Source of the DNA: an uncultured Bacteroidota bacterium
GTDB lineage: Bacteria > Bacteroidota > Bacteroidia > Chitinophagales > Chitinophagaceae
Direction: 5' to 3'
Length of the DNA stretch: 64,000 bases
NCBI GenBank assembly: GCA_903824665.1
Contig: CAIJXT010000019.1
Coordinates: 101,472 to 165,471, forward strand
Shown here: positions 40,859-48,437 of the stretch, in pieces
Layout: every line of letters begins with the position of its first letter
How positions within the stretch are numbered: the first letter of the stretch is position 1
Translations under genes and position numbers: made by a program
Notes under the pieces: model-generated
The model's input: only the letters and a program-made list of their open reading frames with translations
Database searches by the model: none
Told to the model about the DNA's origin: nothing

Positions 40859-42012
40859 CAATTCTTAATTAGTGGGTTTAAACAATGCTTGATAATCAGC
40901 TGATTCTCCTCGTAGGTCATTTCCATCAATTCCTCAACCAGCAATCTGGAATTCTGCGAATTGTGCCTGATAATGGCTCGTGCGGCGTTCATCCTGATAT
41001 CGAAGTTGGAGGAATAGAGAAACTCGGTTTTGAGAAACTCAAGATACTTGCCCGAAGCAATTGCACCCATGGCTTTCAATATCTCTAACTGACAATTCAG
41101 CGGCTGATGGTTGTAAATCCGGGACATTTTTTCTTCTGCAGCCTCGGCAGACAATTTACCCAAACAGCTGATCGCATCTGCTCTGAAATAGTGGTCTTTA
41201 TTGTTTAGCAACTCCATAACGGCCGGGATAGCACTTTGCTGATCGTAATGTGCTATCAACTTCAGACAAAAAGATACAATGCTTTTGTTGGTAGAGTAAC
41301 TCACCCAACGGGAGAAGTTGGGAATGGCGATATCTTTGGTTGTGGTGATAATCTTGAACATTTCCAGCTGGTCCCAGGGCAGCAATGGCTCTGTAGCGAT
41401 GTCAAAAAACTTGAACGGTTCATTTTTGCTGAGCTGAATATAGGCGTTGCGGGCCGCTGCACGGAGCGATGAATTGGTACTGTTGGTAAGCGGCAGGATG
41501 GTTACGTCTGAAATGGTAATATCCATCTGGGTCAGCTCAACCACCGCTTTGATCTTTTTCTCCCAGCGCATGGTCTTCATTTTCGCAAAGGAATCTTTCT
41601 GCAGATCCATGTCGATGTAAAGTTTGCGCAACAACTCACCCACCTCTCCCCTGAAATTTTTCCGGTATTGAATCAGTGTATCGATAAGTATCTGTCTTAC
41701 GAATGGCTTTTTGTATATTTTATTGGAGAGTGCTACCGGGTCGAATTCGATTTCTTCGATGGGTATATCCCGTCCCATCTGTTCATTGAGCAAAACCTGC
41801 TCAGTGATCATTTCCTCGATGATAGGACTGATGAAAGCTACCCTTTTCTCGTGTACATAGCTGCGGTAACGCTTGTACATAATAGCACTGTATGCCACAA
41901 TAGTAGCCACAATAGCAATAATAATGAATGCGAGTGCTATCTCAATGAAAAGTGGGAGCAAACTAAATTGCTCATACGCCTGGAATAAGAGGTCGACCAG
42001 ATCTTTCCACAT
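40858..42012 (-). CDS. Membrane-anchored HEAT-repeat protein
   Basis: One N-terminal TM helix, then helical repeats (LRAAARNAYIQL, FRADAISCLGKL, IRMNAARAI). Confidence 0.8.
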   Translation of the reverse strand: MWKDLVDLLFQAYEQFSLLPLFIEIALAFIIIAIVATIVAYSAIMYKRYRSYVHEKRVAFISPIIEEMITEQVLLNEQMGRDIPIEEIEFDPVALSNKIYKKPFVRQILIDTLIQYRKNFRGEVGELLRKLYIDMDLQKDSFAKMKTMRWEKKIKAVVELTQMDITISDVTILPLTNSTNSSLRAAARNAYIQLSKNEPFKFFDIATEPLLPWDQLEMFKIITTTKDIAIPNFSRWVSYSTNKSIVSFCLKLIAHYDQQSAIPAVMELLNNKDHYFRADAISCLGKLSAEAAEEKMSRIYNHQPLNCQLEILKAMGAIASGKYLEFLKTEFLYSSNFDIRMNAARAIIRHNSQNSRLLVEELMEMTYEENQLIIKHCLNPLIKN

Positions 42013-42021
42013 GTACTGATA

Positions 42022-42423
42022 TTATTTTTTCTTGGTAACCAACTTAGTATTGCTGTTCCTGTTGGCGAGTAATTTTCTGATTCTGATCATCAATTCTCCT
42101 GCCATAATTGGTTTTTTCAGGTAATCGTCTGCGCCGAGCCTGAATGCCTCCGTGATTGTTTCTTCGTTTCCGACAGATGAACAAACGATAATACCTACAT
42201 GACGCTTCAGCATATTACTTCTCAAACGACTCACCACCTCAAGTCCGTTGGCATAAGGCATCATCAGGTCGGTAATAACTACATCATATTGTTCGTTATC
42301 CAACTTTTCAAATGCTTCTTTGCCGTCCTTGGCCGTAATTACTTCATGCCCGTCTTTTCTCAGGATATTCCTGATCGCTTTAAGCATTATATCATCGTCC
42401 TCTATTACTAATATGTTCGACAT
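42022..42423 (-). CDS. Single-domain response regulator (receiver only)
   Basis: ILVIEDD, TDLMMP (phospho-Asp), SS, ADDYLKKP; no output domain. Confidence 0.92.
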   Translation of the reverse strand: MSNILVIEDDDIMLKAIRNILRKDGHEVITAKDGKEAFEKLDNEQYDVVITDLMMPYANGLEVVSRLRSNMLKRHVGIIVCSSVGNEETITEAFRLGADDYLKKPIMAGELMIRIRKLLANRNSNTKLVTKKK

Positions 42424-42816
42424 AGCTGTTGAAGGCTTTTCACTCTAAATTTGACAGTGTTGGTTCCGACACTTTACAGTGCCGTGTTTTCTAACGCAAA
42501 TATCCGCTTTATTATCTTAACAATATCAGCATTTACATGACATTAACTAAAAAATGCTAATAGTTAACACACAAGGAAAATTCAGTTTATACAGGGCTTT
42601 CCAGCTGTTCGCGCCTAGGTACAATCATTTGCATCTAAACAATATTAACTATTTCGGGCGAGGATATCGCAAAATAAATTTTCTAAATTTTAAATTGCAG
42701 ATAAAAAACCGACAACATATCAACTTTAATATCACATAAACAAATTGACTGTCAGCTACTTGTGTAGCAAAACCTGTTCTAATGACGTTTAAAGACGGTA
42801 ATCAACCATTTTCAAT

Positions 42817-43830
42817 CTATGATTCCAGCAGGTCTACCAACTCTTCTACACGATTTGCTGTAACAACTCGAGGAAAAGGCAGATTCTTTGAAGCCATGAT
42901 CTGCTCTACTGCCTGTGCAATAGCCACCGGACTGGCCTGATTGAAGGTCAGTGTGGGGGTGACTACATCATGAACATATTCTAGATCTGATGCCAATATT
43001 TTCATACCGCTTTCGGCAGCCTCTATAAGGGGTAAGCCAAAACTCTCCATAATAGACGGAAAGATCAGATAAGGACAATTGAAGTAAAGGTCTCTTGGAT
43101 CCACATAAACGTGGTTCACAATCCGGGCACCTTGCTCATTCAGCTGTCTTACACGTTCCAGAAAACCGGGTGCAGTGTCATCAATCGTTACATGTAGTTT
43201 GGGCGTTTTACCCTGCGACAACAAGTAAGCCCAGGCATCCAGCAGGGCCGGGTAATTTTTTTGAGGCGATGGGTTGCTGATAAACACAAATTCGTCAGCA
43301 GGACGCTGATCAAACGGCAGACCGCCACCGGCGTACTTTTTATTGTCGTAAAACGGTATGGTGAGGCAATGTGCGTTATCCTTTAACCCGAGTGCTACCA
43401 ACTGATGCACCATGTGTGGTGTCTGCACAATGTAATAGCCGGTATTCCGGTTGTACATTTTGATAAACAGATACTTGATGTATTGCCCCCAAAACATTCG
43501 TTTGAATTTCTGTTTTGGTGCTTCCAGCAATTTCTGGTTATGCATATAGGTATAAACAGGAACGCCCATATTTACAGGCGGCGGAATGTTTGCAAAGCAA
43601 AACACCTTGCTGAACCTGCCCTTCTCCTTTTTGTAATACTTGATCCTGTCACTTATTTTATTGGGAATAACAATATAATTTGTTGTCAGCGCGGCGGGTC
43701 GTTCGAAGCGCGGATCGAGCAGAAAAAAGAAATTATCGCGCCCCGGACGCTTGAGTATGGTTTCAATAAGGTATTGCAGCAGTACGGCTCCCCCACCCTT
43801 GTTAATGAATAATGCATCGATCAGTACCAT
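42817..43830 (-). CDS. GT4 (GT-B) glycosyltransferase
   Basis: QKNYPALL, FPSIMESFGLPLIEA (EX7E); start overlaps the upstream stop. Confidence 0.88.
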   Translation of the reverse strand: MVLIDALFINKGGGAVLLQYLIETILKRPGRDNFFFLLDPRFERPAALTTNYIVIPNKISDRIKYYKKEKGRFSKVFCFANIPPPVNMGVPVYTYMHNQKLLEAPKQKFKRMFWGQYIKYLFIKMYNRNTGYYIVQTPHMVHQLVALGLKDNAHCLTIPFYDNKKYAGGGLPFDQRPADEFVFISNPSPQKNYPALLDAWAYLLSQGKTPKLHVTIDDTAPGFLERVRQLNEQGARIVNHVYVDPRDLYFNCPYLIFPSIMESFGLPLIEAAESGMKILASDLEYVHDVVTPTLTFNQASPVAIAQAVEQIMASKNLPFPRVVTANRVEELVDLLES

Positions 43831-44615
43831 CAGCCTTTTTCTTTTTTTAACCGGTTGAATTGTCTTTTTATTTTTAGAAACTGCGGATAGGACGGAGTGG
43901 TATAGTGACCGCCCTTACCCTGGGGCTTTGCGTTGAAAAAATAGCGGTCAAAATGGGCAAATACGGTGAGCAGGCCCCGGACTGAGGCGTCGAAAAGGCG
44001 GGCATAGTTAAAAGCTACGGTATCATCCAGTGTTGACCTGAACACAATCGGCACTTTTTCCTGCAGCACAATTTCACCGGTATCTATGTTCTTGTCAATT
44101 TTGTGAATGGTATAGCCTGTCTCTGCTGACCCATTGTAGAGTTGCCAGATGATACTTTGGGCATTCTGGTATTGTGGCAATATTTCGTGGTGTACATTCA
44201 GCATACCATATCTGGGAATACCGAACACTCTGGCAGAAATATACCCATTGCCGAGGCTGAGCCCGATATCGGCACCTGACTCGCGAAACAATTGCTGTGT
44301 CAGTTCGCTGTTCGTGTACGGTACGTTCCGGAAAGGAATATTGTGCTTTTCGCAGAACATACGGGCACTTTCAATAGTACAATACTGTTTTACGTCTTCA
44401 TTATACCATTTACGCATCTTTATACCGTTGAGCGCACCTAAAGGACCAATCTTGAATACTTTTTTAAGCCGCCTGATTCGGTGATTCTTCCGCACCGGTG
44501 GCGGCCCAGTGCTTACCACCACCATAGCGATCTCAATGCCGGCAGCACCGTATAATACCGGCAGGTGGTGCCCGGTGGTGCCGTACTCAGAAGTAGTAAG
44601 TATGATCACTTTCAT
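43830..44615 (-). CDS. Formyltransferase family protein (sugar N-formyltransferase-like)
   Basis: LNVHHEILPQYQ, TGYTIHKIDKNIDTGEI: the catalytic Asn/His/Asp pattern of the formyl_trans_N fold. Confidence 0.8.
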   Translation of the reverse strand: MKVIILTTSEYGTTGHHLPVLYGAAGIEIAMVVVSTGPPPVRKNHRIRRLKKVFKIGPLGALNGIKMRKWYNEDVKQYCTIESARMFCEKHNIPFRNVPYTNSELTQQLFRESGADIGLSLGNGYISARVFGIPRYGMLNVHHEILPQYQNAQSIIWQLYNGSAETGYTIHKIDKNIDTGEIVLQEKVPIVFRSTLDDTVAFNYARLFDASVRGLLTVFAHFDRYFFNAKPQGKGGHYTTPSYPQFLKIKRQFNRLKKEKG

Positions 44616-45490
44616 AGCAGGCCCGGGGGATAAATGTTGTTTGTGGTGTTTGCGTTCTTCGCGTTATTGACAAGGAAGTATAGTATGTGATTGATGTTCC
44701 AACCCAGAACAGTGTGATCGCGGCGGATACACAACTGATCTCTGGCAATTGGCGACACCTGAGCGATATGGCATCCACGCTCTGCCGTAGCACAGGTGGT
44801 GAAGCCAGCCTCGAAAACCGCCTTACGCCCCACATTGCTGAAGTGAAAAAACCTGCCAAAAGGAAATGCAAAATGCTGCACGCCTCCGCACCGCTCAGTG
44901 AGTATCTTGAATGTCTGGTGCATATCGTCCCTGATTTGCTGTTCCCCGGTTGCTGCAATGTTGATGTGCATCATGGTATGGCTACCAATTTCGTGGCCCC
45001 ATGCCTGCAGGCGGCTCACCTCTTCCCAGTTGAGAAACGCAACCGGAGGGAACCTCAATGTATCGGTGCAAAACTTGCTGATCCGGTCAAAATCTGTTTC
45101 ACCTACTATACCCGGATTGACAAAGAAACAAGCTTTTGCCCCATACTCGTTGAGGATTTCAGCTGCCCTGAGGTTATTATGCAAGCCGTCGTCAGAGCTA
45201 AAAGTAATATAAGGTCTGTCGATATTGCCAGACAAAACCCTGTTTACCGCCTCGCCATAGCTGATAAAATGATGGTCGCGACTTAGTATCCTGAGCAGCT
45301 CATGAAAATGTTGTTCCTCGTCGGCAAAAAGGTGATGAATGTACAGGAACTGTACCCGGGGTTTCTTCAGCAACTGCTGGTTTGCGAGCGCAGCCAGCCC
45401 TGTCAGTGCCAGGTTACGGGCATAACTTTTCAGGGTTTTCTTCTTCAGCTGTTCCAGTGCGCCGTATGATGTTATCAGTCTGCTGTCCAT
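44612..45490 (-). CDS. Polysaccharide deacetylase (NodB/CE4)
   Basis: FSSDDG, HEIGSHTMMH, FAFPFG. Confidence 0.88.
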   Translation of the reverse strand: MDSRLITSYGALEQLKKKTLKSYARNLALTGLAALANQQLLKKPRVQFLYIHHLFADEEQHFHELLRILSRDHHFISYGEAVNRVLSGNIDRPYITFSSDDGLHNNLRAAEILNEYGAKACFFVNPGIVGETDFDRISKFCTDTLRFPPVAFLNWEEVSRLQAWGHEIGSHTMMHINIAATGEQQIRDDMHQTFKILTERCGGVQHFAFPFGRFFHFSNVGRKAVFEAGFTTCATAERGCHIAQVSPIARDQLCIRRDHTVLGWNINHILYFLVNNAKNANTTNNIYPPGLL

Positions 45491-45520
45491 TTTTGATATC
45501 TTACTTCACTTTTGCTGGTT

Positions 45521-46624
45521 TTATGCCCAGGGTATCTCCGGTTTACTTTTCCCATTGTATACGCTGTCCAGTATTTGCAGGTAGTATAGGGCACCGGCTT
45601 CGCCACTTAGCGATCTGCCGGCCAGCTCTTTTATGGTTTCAGGGTCTGCAAACCCATTGCCAGCGAGCATGATATCTATAGCTTTGCTGCAACTACCCTG
45701 CTCACACCAGTCAAATGTAACGCCATTATACTTCTCTTTTATGGCCCAGCTGACACCACACTTATTGCTGCAAATCGCTTTCAGACCATTGAGCAGCCCT
45801 TCGCTCACTATTACGCCCCATCCATCTTTTTTCACACTGGGCAGCACCACCCAGTCGTACCGGGCGTATTGCTGTATCAGTTCGTTGTACGGGAGAAACG
45901 GGAAGAAATTTACTTTTCCGGCAGCACTGCTTTGCGCTACAAACTGCTTCAGGGCAGCCTCATCGGGTCCGCTGCCATAGATGTCCAATGAATACGCTCC
46001 ATTTTGAGCGGAGGCCAGCTCTGCAACAAACCGCGAAATACCTTTTCCCTCCTCTATCCGGCCGGCATATATGATCCGTGTTGTTCCGGCAGGTGGTGCC
46101 GGTTTTGCGGCAGGCACAGGTACACTCACAAAGTAAGCCCATGGAAAAACCCGATCTGCCCTAAACCCGAGACGGGTATAAGTAGCCACACCCTCTCTGC
46201 CAACAGCCAGAAAAAAATCGATATGCCGGAAGTAAAACAAACGCAGGTATTGATATTTGAGATCGCGGAGTTTTCCTTTTATTCCCGAACGTTCATACGG
46301 TTCAGACAAGGAGCCCATCCTGGCCTTTCGCTTTGCCCCTTCTTCCAGGGCCATAGTCATCATCTGCCCCACCCGAATGCCACCCAAAATATGCACAGCA
46401 TCTTTGTTTGCATCAAATATTTCGCAAATTTCCTGCTTTGATGGACTCACTGTTATCGAAACGCCTTCAATTTTGGGTACTTCCCAACCCATGTTCTTCC
46501 GGTAAGGAGTGATTTCATTTTCAACTACCATCAGTACCTTCTGTACTTCCGGCTGCTTTGCCAGTGCCTCCAGAAAGGTTTTCTGATGAATGCTGATAAT
46601 ACCCTGCCAGAAAATAAGTGTCAT
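45521..46624 (-). CDS. GT4 (GT-B) glycosyltransferase
   Basis: IYAGRIEEGKG, VLPS..DGWGVIVSEGL. Confidence 0.85.
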   Translation of the reverse strand: MTLIFWQGIISIHQKTFLEALAKQPEVQKVLMVVENEITPYRKNMGWEVPKIEGVSITVSPSKQEICEIFDANKDAVHILGGIRVGQMMTMALEEGAKRKARMGSLSEPYERSGIKGKLRDLKYQYLRLFYFRHIDFFLAVGREGVATYTRLGFRADRVFPWAYFVSVPVPAAKPAPPAGTTRIIYAGRIEEGKGISRFVAELASAQNGAYSLDIYGSGPDEAALKQFVAQSSAAGKVNFFPFLPYNELIQQYARYDWVVLPSVKKDGWGVIVSEGLLNGLKAICSNKCGVSWAIKEKYNGVTFDWCEQGSCSKAIDIMLAGNGFADPETIKELAGRSLSGEAGALYYLQILDSVYNGKSKPEIPWA

Positions 46625-46666
46625 ACCTGATATATTTCAATTTGAGTGCCGCCGGCAATGGTACTG

Positions 46667-48145
46667 CTAAGGATTGATTTTGTAAATGCTGCAGGAATAG
46701 CTTTCGCTGATTTTGTAGGGCAACTTCTGAATGAGCCGGTGAAACAGGCTTTTGCTATCCTGAATTTCTACCGTGGCTACCAGCGAATAATTGTTTTCTG
46801 CAAGTTTCTTCTCATAATATTCACGGGCGCCACTATACTTGTTTACAATAAAGTAGTCGTACTTGTTGTCAAAGAAATACTTCATTTTTTTGTCCCAATT
46901 ATCTCCGTTCTCGCCCAAACTGATAAACGAGCAGTTGTTGTTTCGGGAGATGTAGTAGTACTGAAAGTCACCCACTACACGCGAGCCGGGTTGTATGTGT
47001 TTTGCTATGAGCGATGCGTTGTAATTGGGATCGCGCTGCTGCATACTGGAAAAGATAAATAACGCCTTGAAAATAAATATCATGCCGAAGAAACACCCAA
47101 CCGCATAAGTAGCAATTTTGAATGGGCGGCTGCTGTACCATTGCATGGTTACTCCCACTATGAGCATCATAAGAAAAGGATCGGCCAGTGCAAAATAGCG
47201 CCCGGACAAACCACCTGTAACTACCAGCAGGAAGGAAATGATGACGGGAACAGTGATCAGAATTAAACTGCTCTGCTGCTTTATTGCTCTGTTTTTCACA
47301 AGTATGAGAAACGATAGCAGTGCGTAAGCATATATAACAATGTAATAACTCCATCTGAATTTGGAACCCAGGCCAACGTGCGTCTGTACCAGTTCTGAAT
47401 GGGTATTGTAGTAAATATAATTAGCAATACTGCCAAATGCCCAATAGATCCAGATATAGTAAACGGCGATAAAACCCACGAAAAGGGCGGCATATTTCGG
47501 GAAGACATATGTCATTCTCCGTCCGGTGTTTTCGCTGTCCCACATTTCGTAAAGGAAGCCAAAAATGTACACCGAAAAGCCAAAAAGTATACGGGGCGTA
47601 GTGAGTACTGCACCTGCAAGCAAAACCCCTGCACCCAGCGCAAATGGCAAAAAACTGCGCACGGACCCGGGTACAGCACGGACAAAAACAAGGTATGACG
47701 CCAAAAAAAAGAACAATGTCATAAAGTCCATGCGGCCCGAATGCAGGAACTGATTAAAATTGGGTTCGAGCGCTATGATGCCAATAGTAAATATGGCTAC
47801 GTGCTGGCTGAATTTAAGATGCCTGCAGATCTTGTAAACCAGCCATAGGTCTATCAGGCCAAAAATGAACCCATTGAGCCGGATATTGAAAATTCCAAAA
47901 CCGATGGTCTTGATTACAAATGCCTGAAAAATAAAATACAATGGCCCGTAAACATATTTCTGATCTGGCAATACCAGAATCCTGTTGGTTTCGTAAAAAG
48001 TATGATCCTTTGCATATGACTCTGCTATAGCGGCAAAAGATACCTCGTCGAACCAGGGAATAGGTGAGTAAATCAGCGTAATAAGATGGTAAACAATATA
48101 TACCGCTAACGATGAAATTAATACTATTTTTAATTTTTTGTCCAT
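46667..48145 (-). CDS. GT-C fold membrane glycosyltransferase (ArnT/PMT-like)
   Basis: WFDE motif after the first TM, more than 10 hydrophobic segments; start placed at MDKKLK. Confidence 0.75.
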   Translation of the reverse strand: MDKKLKIVLISSLAVYIVYHLITLIYSPIPWFDEVSFAAIAESYAKDHTFYETNRILVLPDQKYVYGPLYFIFQAFVIKTIGFGIFNIRLNGFIFGLIDLWLVYKICRHLKFSQHVAIFTIGIIALEPNFNQFLHSGRMDFMTLFFFLASYLVFVRAVPGSVRSFLPFALGAGVLLAGAVLTTPRILFGFSVYIFGFLYEMWDSENTGRRMTYVFPKYAALFVGFIAVYYIWIYWAFGSIANYIYYNTHSELVQTHVGLGSKFRWSYYIVIYAYALLSFLILVKNRAIKQQSSLILITVPVIISFLLVVTGGLSGRYFALADPFLMMLIVGVTMQWYSSRPFKIATYAVGCFFGMIFIFKALFIFSSMQQRDPNYNASLIAKHIQPGSRVVGDFQYYYISRNNNCSFISLGENGDNWDKKMKYFFDNKYDYFIVNKYSGAREYYEKKLAENNYSLVATVEIQDSKSLFHRLIQKLPYKISESYSCSIYKINP

Positions 48146-48406
48146 GGTCCTATTGTTGCAGCCCCGCCTGCCTGTAAAAACGGCAAAAGGTAATTTGGCA
48201 ATAAAGATAGAAATTTTTCGTTCCGCGGTCCGATGGTTCTGCAAAAGCAATGTGTTTTGAAACAGACTCGGTCTTTAGCTGAAATACTGTCACTGGAAAA
48301 CAGGCATAGGTGGAAATCAAAAAAGACGGTTTCCACACACTACTAACAACCTGCATTTTAACGTTATAATGCTGACTTTTCAATACTTTTTACCGCCTTA
48401 AAAGAG

Positions 48407-48414
48407 TATATTTG
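48407..48414 (+). promoter_or_regulatory. Sigma-A -7 element of gyrA (TATATTTG)
   Basis: TAnnTTTG 23 nt before the ATG. Confidence 0.65.
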
Positions 48415-48437
48415 CAATTCTTATTTCTAAAACTTTT

